The translations under genes and the position numbers were made by a program. A stretch of 35,556 bases of DNA, from contig JBBSQY010000036.1 in NCBI GenBank assembly GCA_038243585.1, forward strand, positions 1-35,556, written 5' to 3'. The notes under the pieces are model-generated. The model saw only the letters and a list, made by a program, of their open reading frames with translations. It had not been told where the DNA came from and made no database searches. The stretch comes from Candidatus Sumerlaeales bacterium (GTDB lineage: Bacteria; Sumerlaeota; Sumerlaeia; Sumerlaeales; Sumerlaeaceae). Shown here piece by piece: positions 18,327 through 26,516 of the stretch; the first letter of the stretch is position 1, and each line of letters begins with the position of its first letter.

Positions 18327-18719
18327 ATGAATAACGAAACCCGTAAACTCATGAAACTGCTCCACCTTGGAGCCGACGAAATCTACCACGTCTTTTGTCT
18401 GGCCCTGTGCATGGCCTACCTGGATGGACGTGTCTCCGACGAAGAAGGGGAAATTCTAACCCGCATCGGCTTCGGTCTCGGCCTGACACCAGAAGATATA
18501 TCCGCCTTGGGCGAAAACGCCAAATCCGCAGTAGCCGAAACCAGCCCCGGCGACGTAATCGCCTTCTCCATCGCCAGCTTGAAGGCAAAACTGGATAAGG
18601 AACAACTCCAGGGAGTGCGGCAGATATTGCAGTTTGTTGCCGTCAGCGATGACGCCATAGATTCTTCTGAACAGGACCTCCTGTCTCTGCTGGACGAAAT
18701 TTGGGATTCCGCTGATTAG
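18327..18719 (+). CDS. TerB-like family protein
   Basis: Duplicated A-x-x-D-G/D-x-V/I-x-x-x-E motif (MAYLDGRVSDEE; VAVSDDAIDSSE) in a 130-aa acidic helical protein. Confidence 0.7.
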   Translation: MNNETRKLMKLLHLGADEIYHVFCLALCMAYLDGRVSDEEGEILTRIGFGLGLTPEDISALGENAKSAVAETSPGDVIAFSIASLKAKLDKEQLQGVRQILQFVAVSDDAIDSSEQDLLSLLDEIWDSAD

Positions 18720-18722
18720 GCA

Positions 18723-18741
18723 GGCGTCTCCTGGGGACGCC
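18723..18741. terminator. GC-rich hairpin just after the TerB-like stop codon (possible terminator or stabiliser)
   Basis: GGCGTCTC-CTG-GGGACGCC; no U tract. Confidence 0.4.
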
Positions 18742-18760
18742 GGCGTAAACCGGCAAAGAA

Positions 18761-18783
18761 GTAGCATAGGCGTCTCGCCTACG
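18761..18783 (+). repeat. GTAG-type REP-like palindrome, copy 2
   Basis: GTAG-CATAGGCG-TCT-CGCCTACG; shares GAAGTAGCATAGGCGTC with the 14017 copy. Confidence 0.7.
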
Positions 18784-18888
18784 TGAGTGCAAGGGTGCTT
18801 AGCGGCGTAAAAGGGAATTTCAAAGAGCGTTGCGGAGACGATAATTTATACAGTGTATGAATAGGGAGCGACGTGCGGTCTGGGTTTC

Positions 18889-18913
18889 GGACGGCTCGGC
18901 GAGCCATCCCTAC
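18889..18913 (-). repeat. GTAG-type REP-like palindrome, second sequence class
   Basis: Minus strand reads GTAG-GGATGGCTC-GCC-GAGCCGTCC. Confidence 0.6.
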
Positions 18914-18924
18914 CCGAAACTGGT

Positions 18925-20703
18925 TTAGAATCTGCGGGTTCTGTTTTTTATGGATATGATGGGGCCTATTGGTTTTTCGCTGGCGCGGATCATTTCTATG
19001 CAGCTGGCGAGGGCGTCGAGGCCGTCGTCGTGGTTTGAGCGGCTTCCGTTGTATTCGTCGGCCTGGATGTAGAATTCCTGTTTGAGGTCTTGCTGGAAAA
19101 GGATACTTCCGGCGATGATATGGGGCTCGAGCAGGCTGATGCGGCTGTGTTTGCTGTGGTGGTTGTTGTGTTTTTCAATGGGGAGATGCCAGTGGTCTCC
19201 GGCGGTTTTCATGCGGGTTTGTTCATCTCGGATAAAGGTGCCGAGGGTTTCCTGGAAGCCGTTGCATTCGAAGCCAAACTTTTCGTATTTGTATTTCTGG
19301 TGGAGGGCGAAGACCTGGGTGACTTGTTTCATGGGAGAGGCTTTTTCCATCCAGACGTCCATGACGTAGAGGGTGTTGTCGGGGGCTTTGCCTACGGTGA
19401 CGATGGCGGCGTAGTCGCCGTCGCGGGTGGTGGCTTTTCCCATAGCGGGGTCGAGGAAGCCGTAGTATTTTAGCTGGTCTTTGTGGTGGCGGGGTGTGTT
19501 GGAATTACGAATTACTAATTCCGAATTACTAATGGTGGTGTCGCTGCGCGACGATGATTTGGATGACTGGCAGGAATGTTTATCCCACGATTGGCTGTCT
19601 GGATTTTCTTCCAGGGTGAGGCCTCTGGTTATGGGTTGGATGTGGCCGTCGGGGCTGATGAAGCGGGACCACATGCTTGTGTCAAAGATCTGGTCACCGT
19701 CTTTTATGGGGGAGTTCATTTTCTCTTTGAAGAAGGCGGAGCGGCCGAGGGTGAGGAGCTTTTCCTGGAGTTTGACGTAGGGTTCTTTTGAGGGCCAGAA
19801 GACTTCTACGCCTTCCATCATGGGAGTTTGGTTTTCGGCGAAGTAGGCTTCGGCGGTTTCGACGTTGTCGGGGTCGGAGCGGTCGGTGAAGAGGCGCTGC
19901 CAGGTGCGCCAGAGATCGGGGCGGCTGTCCCAGGCGGTGATGGATTTGTAGAGCTGGGATTTGTAGCCGGGGCGGTTGAGGAGGGTGCTGAGGAGGCTGT
20001 CGGTGTGGAGGATCGTGCCGACGATAGTGATGTGGGTGTAGCTGTCGCCGAGGTTCTCTACGGTTTCGTCGTACCATTGGAGTAGTTTAATTCGAAGGTA
20101 TGACGTGGTGGAATGCCGGGACTGCTCGACGTCGTCGAGGATGATGCGGGTGGGGCGGAATTCCCCGTGGCTGACGCCGCGCATTTCGCTGGCGGCACTG
20201 TAGGCTTCGATTCGGCAGTTGCCGATTTCGATGTAGCGGGTGTTGGACTTAAATTTGGGGACGCGGCCGCCGAAGAAGGTGTCGCGGATTTTGGGATTTG
20301 TGCGGAGTTCGCGGGCAATGGTGGCGAGGCGGTTTTTCGCCTGCTGCATAGTGCCGCTGATGATGACCTGGTGGCGCTCGCGGCCGGAGAGGATGTCGAT
20401 GATGGGAAACAGAAGCGGGTGGATGGTGGACTTGGCTGCGCCGCGGGGCGCAGCGACGGCGAGGCGACGTCCGGTGCGGACGGGCAGCGGGTGCGCGTGC
20501 TGCTTCAGGTATTGCTCAAAGCTGAACAGGTGCATATCGTTAAAGTCGTTGCGGCAGTGATGGCCGAGGAAATCGCGGAAGAACTGGGCAGGGTCGGACG
20601 TGAGCCGCGCGATCGTGTCGGCGGAAATGGTGGGTTCGGTTGGTGCGGGTGCGGTAGTGGCCGAAGTGTCGGAAGCAGCTGCGGAGTGGTTTTTATCGTT
20701 CAT
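18925..20703 (-). CDS. Phage-type terminase large subunit (orphan)
   Basis: Walker A APRGAAKST, RG..RPTRIILDDVE Walker B, VGT coupling motif, RNase H-like nuclease acidic motifs FLDPA, DYAAIV, FECNGFQ, HDDGLDALA. Confidence 0.9.
   Translation of the reverse strand: MNDKNHSAAASDTSATTAPAPTEPTISADTIARLTSDPAQFFRDFLGHHCRNDFNDMHLFSFEQYLKQHAHPLPVRTGRRLAVAAPRGAAKSTIHPLLFPIIDILSGRERHQVIISGTMQQAKNRLATIARELRTNPKIRDTFFGGRVPKFKSNTRYIEIGNCRIEAYSAASEMRGVSHGEFRPTRIILDDVEQSRHSTTSYLRIKLLQWYDETVENLGDSYTHITIVGTILHTDSLLSTLLNRPGYKSQLYKSITAWDSRPDLWRTWQRLFTDRSDPDNVETAEAYFAENQTPMMEGVEVFWPSKEPYVKLQEKLLTLGRSAFFKEKMNSPIKDGDQIFDTSMWSRFISPDGHIQPITRGLTLEENPDSQSWDKHSCQSSKSSSRSDTTISNSELVIRNSNTPRHHKDQLKYYGFLDPAMGKATTRDGDYAAIVTVGKAPDNTLYVMDVWMEKASPMKQVTQVFALHQKYKYEKFGFECNGFQETLGTFIRDEQTRMKTAGDHWHLPIEKHNNHHSKHSRISLLEPHIIAGSILFQQDLKQEFYIQADEYNGSRSNHDDGLDALASCIEMIRASEKPIGPIISIKNRTRRF
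19502..19570. repeat. Heptamer plus hairpin element, copy A (in frame within terminase gene)
   Basis: GAATTAC GAATTAC TAATTCC GAATTAC TAAT G GTGGT GTCGC-TGC-GCGAC GATGATTTGGATG ACTGG. Confidence 0.75.
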
Positions 20704-20766
20704 AGTGATGCGGTTATTAGCGAACGATTATGGGCTGGGTATTCCCGCACGGGTACTTAAGTGGAA

Positions 20767-20821
20767 AAATTACGAATTACAAATTGTGGTGCGGCTTCGC
20801 CGCGATGATTGGATGGGCTGG
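20767..20821. repeat. Heptamer plus hairpin element, copy B (upstream of terminase gene)
   Basis: AAATTAC GAATTAC AAAT T GTGGT GCGGC-TTC-GCCGC GATGATTGGATG GGCTGG. Confidence 0.75.
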
Positions 20822-20919
20822 TATATCTCGCACCTTCGGCGCTTATAAAACATTAATATACAATGGCTTATTGTAGCGAAGGGCTATGGTGCACACTGTG
20901 GGCTATGGCAGAAACTGTG

Positions 20920-20952
20920 CAAGCGGCCCAGAGCTACGCTCTGGGCCGCTTG
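20920..20952. terminator. Perfect 15-bp inverted repeat downstream of the ABC-F gene (probable terminator or palindromic repeat)
   Basis: CAAGCGGCCCAGAGC-TAC-GCTCTGGGCCGCTTG, about 20 nt past the stop codon; weak U tract. Confidence 0.6.
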
Positions 20953-20971
20953 GAAATATTTCACAGGGTTG

Positions 20972-22951
20972 TCAGGTTTTCAGGGCTTCGACTTCTACGC
21001 CTACATCTTCCCAGGATTTTACGAGTTGGGGTAGCTTGGCTTCAAGGGCGTGGCCTTCGGCGCTGATTTCCGGGGTGACCAGGTGTTTTGTGTAGGCTTC
21101 GGGATCGGCTTGCAGGGCGTGGATTTCGGCGAGGCGGGCTTCTGTTTTTTCTATTTGTTCTTCGAGGTCGCGTAGTTTTGCGAATAGCTGGGTTCTGGCC
21201 TGGGCGCGTTCTTTTTTGCCGAGCTGATTTAGTTTTGGCCCTTTAGGTTTTGGTGGTGCGGCGGGTTTCGCTGCTATGGCGTCGGCCTGCTGGGATTTCT
21301 CTTTTGGCATTACGGTGATGTTGCGTCCGCGGAGATCGTCTTCGTCCCGGCCGCCGGCTTCCCTGGTGGCGAGGTATTCGGAGTAGTTGCCGGAGTGGGA
21401 TTTGACTTTGTGGTCGGCGACTTCGACGATGCGGTTTGCGACGGCGTCGATGAAGTAGCGGTCATGGCTGATCATGATGATTGTGCCGGGGAAGTCGTGG
21501 AGGGCTTCCTGGAGAACTTCGCGGGTGGAGATGTCCAGATGGTTGGTGGGCTCATCTAGGAGGAGGAGGTTGCCTCTGCGGAGCATCATCCTGGCCATGG
21601 CGAGGCGGCTTTTTTCTCCGCCGCTGAGGACACGGACGGGCTTAAAGACTTCGTCTCCGGTGAACAGGAAGCAGCCGAGGAGGGAGCGGATCTGTTCATC
21701 GGTCTGGTTGGCACCGGGAACGCGGGCGTTGCTGAGGACGTCGGCGTCAAGGTCAAGGGTGTCGACGCGGTTCTGGCTGAAGTACTCGGAGAGGACCTTC
21801 GAGTGGATGGCAACTTCGCCGGTGTGATCAAGGATGCCGGCACAAATTTTCAAAAGGGTTGATTTGCCGGCTCCGTTGCGTCCGACGAGGGCGGCTTTGT
21901 CTCCGGGTTCGAAGCGAAGATTGACGTCGGAGAAGACGTGGTTGTCTCCGTAGGACTTTGAAACGTCGCGGAGTTCGAGGACGTTTCGGCCGACGGGAGC
22001 AGGGGGTGGAATGCGGAGTTTAACTTTTCGGGCGCTCTGGGGCAGCTCAATGCGCTCAATCTTGTCGACCATTTTGATGCGGCTCTGGACCAGGGTGGCT
22101 TTTGAGGCTTTGGACCGGAAGCGGTCGATGAAGAGCTGATGATGGGCGAGTTCGTCTTGCTGGTTCTGGTAGCGGCGCTGGAGCATTACTTCGTATTCTT
22201 CACGTTCTTTGAGGAACGCGCTGTAGTTTACGGCGTAGGTGTCGAGGCGTTTTTCGTGAACCCATGCGGTGCTTTTTGTGACGCGATCAAGGAAGTAGCG
22301 ATCATGGCTGACGACTACGAGGGCACCGTTGAAGGTGCCGAGAAACTTTTCAAGCCAGTCAATGCTTTCGAGATCCAGATGGTTGGTGGGTTCATCGAGC
22401 ATGAGCACGTCGGGAGCTTCGAGCAGGAGGCGGCCGATGTGGGCGCGCATCTGCCATCCGCCGCTGAACAGGCTGAGGGGCTGCTCCTGTTGCTCTTCGG
22501 TGAAACCCAGCCCAGTCATAATTTTGCGGGCGTCTGACTCGGCTTCGCCGGGGTTGTGATGATGGACGTGCTTTTCGAGCTGGTGGATGCGTTCGTATAG
22601 TTCTTCCAGCTCATCTTCCGGTGTGGTGGCGATGGCATGGTATGAACGGTCGAGTTCGGCAGCGTCCTGTTCTTCTTTTTCGTAAGCTTTTAAAACTTCC
22701 TGCAGGACGGTAGTTTCGCCGACGGCGGAATGAATTTCCTGACGGAGGAATCCGAGGCGGCAGTTTTTGCTGATTAAAACTTTTCCGCTCTGGGGTTCGA
22801 CTTCGTCTACGATCATGCGGAGGAGGGTGGTTTTCCCTGTGCCGTTATCGCCTACCAGGCCAATGCGTTCGCCTGGTCTGATGTGCCAGTTTAGGTCACT
22901 GTATAGATCTTTGTCTCCGACAAAGTGGTTAATATCAATAAAACGAATCAT
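20972..22951 (-). CDS. ABC-F family ATPase (ribosome-associated, YheS/Uup-like)
   Basis: Two NBDs (GDNGTGKT/FSGGW/LDEPTNHLD and GRNGAGKS/LSGGE/LDEPTNHLD), inter-domain linker FIDRFRSKASKA, C-terminal coiled coil, no TM segments. Confidence 0.95.
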   Translation of the reverse strand: MIRFIDINHFVGDKDLYSDLNWHIRPGERIGLVGDNGTGKTTLLRMIVDEVEPQSGKVLISKNCRLGFLRQEIHSAVGETTVLQEVLKAYEKEEQDAAELDRSYHAIATTPEDELEELYERIHQLEKHVHHHNPGEAESDARKIMTGLGFTEEQQEQPLSLFSGGWQMRAHIGRLLLEAPDVLMLDEPTNHLDLESIDWLEKFLGTFNGALVVVSHDRYFLDRVTKSTAWVHEKRLDTYAVNYSAFLKEREEYEVMLQRRYQNQQDELAHHQLFIDRFRSKASKATLVQSRIKMVDKIERIELPQSARKVKLRIPPPAPVGRNVLELRDVSKSYGDNHVFSDVNLRFEPGDKAALVGRNGAGKSTLLKICAGILDHTGEVAIHSKVLSEYFSQNRVDTLDLDADVLSNARVPGANQTDEQIRSLLGCFLFTGDEVFKPVRVLSGGEKSRLAMARMMLRRGNLLLLDEPTNHLDISTREVLQEALHDFPGTIIMISHDRYFIDAVANRIVEVADHKVKSHSGNYSEYLATREAGGRDEDDLRGRNITVMPKEKSQQADAIAAKPAAPPKPKGPKLNQLGKKERAQARTQLFAKLRDLEEQIEKTEARLAEIHALQADPEAYTKHLVTPEISAEGHALEAKLPQLVKSWEDVGVEVEALKT

Positions 22952-22959
22952 GTGTATTT

Positions 22960-23478
22960 TTATCCGGTTTTGCGGCTGAAGTCATCTTCCACCCGGATTA
23001 TATCTTCTTCATCTGAGGGATTTTCCGGGCTTGTATGTTCCCAGATTTCGGCAACTACACTCCATCCGCTTAATCCTGCGATTCTATGCCAGTAACCGCA
23101 CGGAATTTCTACAGTTTCTCCCATATTGTAGATTTTTTCGTGGAGTGAACTACCATCGGAGCCACGAATGATCTTTAATGGACCGGCCAAAACCCGCCAG
23201 TGCTCGTGACGCCTGTGGTGGTATTGAAGGGATAGCCTTGCCCCCGGGGCGATTAACAAGATTTTCGGATCGAATCGAAGGTTTGTGTTATCGAGCTTAT
23301 CTATGATTTCAGGCCAGTAAGCGTCTATAAATGCCGGCAATGAGTCTTCTGACAACCGCAGGTAAGACCCCCAGGGTTTATCTGGGGCAGATAGGGGTTC
23401 GTCCAGTTTAAGGCCAAAGCCTTTAACTTCTGCCATCAACCGTTTATACAAAAAAGCTTTTAGTGTTGTCGTATCCAT
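22960..23478 (-). CDS. Cupin protein resembling the type II mannose-6-phosphate isomerase C-terminal domain
   Basis: KPWG, PGARLSLQYHHRRHEHW, WHRI, EEDIIRVEDDF. Confidence 0.85.
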   Translation of the reverse strand: MDTTTLKAFLYKRLMAEVKGFGLKLDEPLSAPDKPWGSYLRLSEDSLPAFIDAYWPEIIDKLDNTNLRFDPKILLIAPGARLSLQYHHRRHEHWRVLAGPLKIIRGSDGSSLHEKIYNMGETVEIPCGYWHRIAGLSGWSVVAEIWEHTSPENPSDEEDIIRVEDDFSRKTG

Positions 23479-23555
23479 GGCCTTGTTTCTTTCTTAAAAG
23501 TGTTGCGGTGCAACGGTTTACGACTATCAGAAGCAGCAGGAACGCGTTAACATAA

Positions 23556-24920
23556 TCACGCGCCCAATGGCGCGCGTACTTTATGCCAGTGTTCTGTAAG
23601 AGCATTGGTGTTTTCAGAATCCGGATGTCTATTGCTATCAGCTGCTTTAACGGGTTTTGCAATCCAGTTTCGCAGTTCACTACCCCACTTGGCGCCATTG
23701 TAGTTTTCCAGTATGTAGTCACGGCATCGGGTGCCTCTATTTTTAGCGACCTGACTGCCTTCGGATGCGTCTATAAGTGTGCGGGTCAGACTTTCGGCGC
23801 TTCCCATTTCGAAGGGTGCCAACATTTCCGCCTGTGCAAGATCAACGCTTAGCTCAGTGACAACCGTGCTGGCTACGGGGATGCCGGCGGCGAGAAAATT
23901 GATAAGCCGAGTGCGGCTACCGAGTTCTGCTTCGTAGGTGTATCTGTCTATGGAGATGCCAAGATCGCATTGGGCGTAGAGGGCTTGCATTGCGGCCAGG
24001 GGCTGCCAGTCCATCAATGTGACCGCGCCTTCGACCTCCGCCTCTTTTATACCGGTGAGGAATTGGCCGTAGCTGATTTCGTTGTATCCGGCGATTTTGC
24101 CTCCGACAACAAGCAGACGCATGTTTGGGTTACTTTTTAAGGCATCTGTAATGCCTCGAGTCAGGGTAGGGACATCCATCCAAGTGTTAAAGCTGCCGCA
24201 CCACATAATTGTAAACTGCTCGGGGGGTTTTGACGCGGGAATCGAGGATAATTCTGTATCGGCTTCGAACACGGCATAGGGAAGATAATGGCATAATGAG
24301 GCTGACGCCGTAAATTGGTTAAGGCGTCCGGCGCAGCCAAGCTGCCCTTGCAGGGCGTGGCGCTGGCGGTGGGAAAGACCGTAGAAGCGATCGCCTTCCA
24401 GCAGAGCGTCGAGCAGAAGTTTCCATACATGAACAAGCCGGGTTTCGGCGGCTGCCGGTCCGTCTTCCGCAGTGAGTTCCATTTGGCTTTGCATTTCACA
24501 GATAGGATCGCCAAATACGTCAATCCACAGCGGGAGTGAGCGGAGCCTGGCAAAGCCGGCGGCTGTGGAATAAGGTTGTACGGAGCCGGTGGCGATTACG
24601 GCTCTTATTTCCGGGGGGAGTTGGTGTATGGAGGGTTGATCTGTTCCGAGATTTCTAAATTCTTCGTAGGGGAGTGGTCGGTATTCCACTTGAATCTTAT
24701 GTCCCTGGGAGCTGACAAGGGCTCGCGGAGTTGAAGCTGAGTTATCTGATCGTGGAACTTCATCCAGGCCAAAGATAAGAATACTTTCGCTGAGGGCGCC
24801 CGCCTGGACAAGGCCGTCGGCGACTGTGCGCACGATCTGCCATGTTCGGCTGCCGGGTGCGGTCACAGCATATTCTGATTCGGTGGGCATGGGGCCATTG
24901 CCAAAAATTATTACGCTCAT
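23556..24920 (-). CDS. GT-B fold glycosyltransferase (GT4-like)
   Basis: WCGSFNTWMD, LLVVGG, YAQCDLGI, ELGSRTRLINFLAAGIPVAST. ATG at 24920 has a GGGAG SD (ORF track starts at 24935). Confidence 0.75.
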   Translation of the reverse strand: MSVIIFGNGPMPTESEYAVTAPGSRTWQIVRTVADGLVQAGALSESILIFGLDEVPRSDNSASTPRALVSSQGHKIQVEYRPLPYEEFRNLGTDQPSIHQLPPEIRAVIATGSVQPYSTAAGFARLRSLPLWIDVFGDPICEMQSQMELTAEDGPAAAETRLVHVWKLLLDALLEGDRFYGLSHRQRHALQGQLGCAGRLNQFTASASLCHYLPYAVFEADTELSSIPASKPPEQFTIMWCGSFNTWMDVPTLTRGITDALKSNPNMRLLVVGGKIAGYNEISYGQFLTGIKEAEVEGAVTLMDWQPLAAMQALYAQCDLGISIDRYTYEAELGSRTRLINFLAAGIPVASTVVTELSVDLAQAEMLAPFEMGSAESLTRTLIDASEGSQVAKNRGTRCRDYILENYNGAKWGSELRNWIAKPVKAADSNRHPDSENTNALTEHWHKVRAPLGA

Positions 24921-24993
24921 GCTATCTCCCTTCAAAAACCTATATGGAGTGTAAAGGCTAAAGCTTTAAACCTGCACGTAAATTCTTGTTAGT

Positions 24994-25671
24994 ATGGGAT
25001 TGGACTCTGTCGATATGGCTTTGAATGACAAAGATGAGCAAATGCTTCGAGAAGAATTGTGCCGGATTTGCAGCAGACTGTGGCAGCGGGAGCTGATTGC
25101 CGCCAATGATGGAAATGTATCTGTACGCCTAACGGAGAACGCTATCCTATGCACCCCGTCGGGAGTTAGTAAAGGTTTTTTGCGTCCTGAAAATCTGGTG
25201 GTGACAGACTTGCAGTGCGATAAACTGAGCGGTTCGATGGCACCCAGCAGCGAATTGAAAATGCATGGGGAAATTTATCGACGTCGACCGGATGTTCAGG
25301 CGGTTGTTCATGCCCATCCGCCCCATGCTACTGCCTTTGCTGTTGCGGGGTTGGCATTGCCAACGTACGTAATGCCCGAAATTGATGTGCTTCTTGGGGC
25401 GGTGCCGCTGGTTGGTTACGAAACGCCGGGGACGGAACAGCTTGCTGTTGCTGCGGGGCAGGCCGCTGCTGGTGTTGGTGTCAGCGCGTTATTGTTGGCT
25501 AACCATGGGGCAGTGACTTTTGGGCCGAGTCTTGAAATGGCCTGGTTGCGGATGGAGTCTCTGGATCAATGTTGTCGAATCTTGTTGCTGGCTATGCAGG
25601 CTGGCGGGTGGAGACAAATTCCTTCGGGTCAAAGACAGGAGCTGGATGATCTAAAAACATACCTTCAATAG
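24994..25671 (+). CDS. Class II aldolase/adducin family protein (fuculose-1-phosphate aldolase-like)
   Basis: DGNVSVR, TPSGVSKG, PSSELKMH, VVHAHP, LLANHG. True start may be a downstream ATG. Confidence 0.92.
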   Translation: MGLDSVDMALNDKDEQMLREELCRICSRLWQRELIAANDGNVSVRLTENAILCTPSGVSKGFLRPENLVVTDLQCDKLSGSMAPSSELKMHGEIYRRRPDVQAVVHAHPPHATAFAVAGLALPTYVMPEIDVLLGAVPLVGYETPGTEQLAVAAGQAAAGVGVSALLLANHGAVTFGPSLEMAWLRMESLDQCCRILLLAMQAGGWRQIPSGQRQELDDLKTYLQ

Positions 25672-25730
25672 CAATATGGATCGAGGGCAGGTAGTGGCTA
25701 TTGGGGAACAGGACTGGTTGTAAGTATTAT

Positions 25731-25775
25731 AAAAACAGTGATCCCCGGATGCCTGATAAGTGACGTCCGGGGATC
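25731..25775 (-). terminator. Intrinsic terminator of sodA
   Basis: Minus strand GATCCCCGGACG-loop-CATCCGGGGATC followed by ACTGTTTTT. Confidence 0.75.
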
Positions 25776-25797
25776 GATGTTGAGCACGATGTAAGCT

Positions 25798-26409
25798 TTA
25801 TTTTAGTTTAGAGAACTGTTCTGCAACTTTATCGAAATTGACGACATTCCACCAAGCAGCCAGATAATCAGGGCGACGGTTCTGGTATTTTAAGTAATAG
25901 GCGTGTTCCCAAACGTCGTTGCCCAAGATCGGCTGGTGGCCGTCCATTAGAGGGTTATCCTGATTTGGTGTAGATATAATGTCAATCTTGCCGTCTTTTG
26001 TTTTGACCAGCCAAGCCCAGCCAGACCCAAAACGTTTGGTTCCTGCTTCGTTAAATTTTTTCTTCATGTCGTCAAAGCTGCCAAAGCTGGACTTTATGGC
26101 GTCAGCCAGTTCGCCAGTTGGCTCCTTAGCGCCGCCTGGGGTCATCATTTCCCAGAAAAGGGAGTGGTTGGCGTGACCACCGCCGTTGTTGCGAACAGCG
26201 GTGCGGATATCTTCGGGAACTGCATCCAGGTTGGAAATCAGTTCTTCTATGCTTTTAGAAGCCAGATCAGATTTTCCTTCGAGAGCTGCATTGACGTTGG
26301 TTACATAGGCGGCATGATGCTTATCGTGATGGATAGTCATCGTTTCTTTATCTATGTGGGGTTCCAACGCGTCATACGCGTACGGCAACGGTGGCAAAGT
26401 GAAAGCCAT
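25798..26409 (-). CDS. sodA: Superoxide dismutase (probably Mn)
   Basis: [39 protein letters not shown] and QD are Mn-type signatures. Confidence 0.95.
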   Translation of the reverse strand: MAFTLPPLPYAYDALEPHIDKETMTIHHDKHHAAYVTNVNAALEGKSDLASKSIEELISNLDAVPEDIRTAVRNNGGGHANHSLFWEMMTPGGAKEPTGELADAIKSSFGSFDDMKKKFNEAGTKRFGSGWAWLVKTKDGKIDIISTPNQDNPLMDGHQPILGNDVWEHAYYLKYQNRRPDYLAAWWNVVNFDKVAEQFSKLK

Positions 26410-26516
26410 TAAAAAATCTCCTCGTGTTGATCTATATGGTCGCAGATATTAATGCTTGCCGAGTCGGGTCGACTCAGACAGTTGGTTTAATATATTAACC
26501 GGTAAAGGGACCCGTA

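Noticed and set aside
18833..18862. Possible dif site at the skew switch (GATAA-TTTATA-CAGTGTATGAA)
   Set aside because: The XerD arm matches TTATGTTAAAT at only about 4 of 11 positions, and skew polarity is opposite to that expected at a terminus.
19502..20918. CRISPR array, intein or DGR in the repeats around the terminase gene
   Set aside because: No regularly spaced repeats with spacers, no intein C..HN junction motifs, no reverse transcriptase or adenine-specific TR/VR pair.
19082..22559. Many long antisense ORFs (e.g. 20113-20760)
   Set aside because: Expected shadows of strongly C-biased codon usage that depletes stop codons on the opposite strand.
18925..22951. Prophage
   Set aside because: Only one phage-like gene; the adjacent ABC-F and other genes are cellular.
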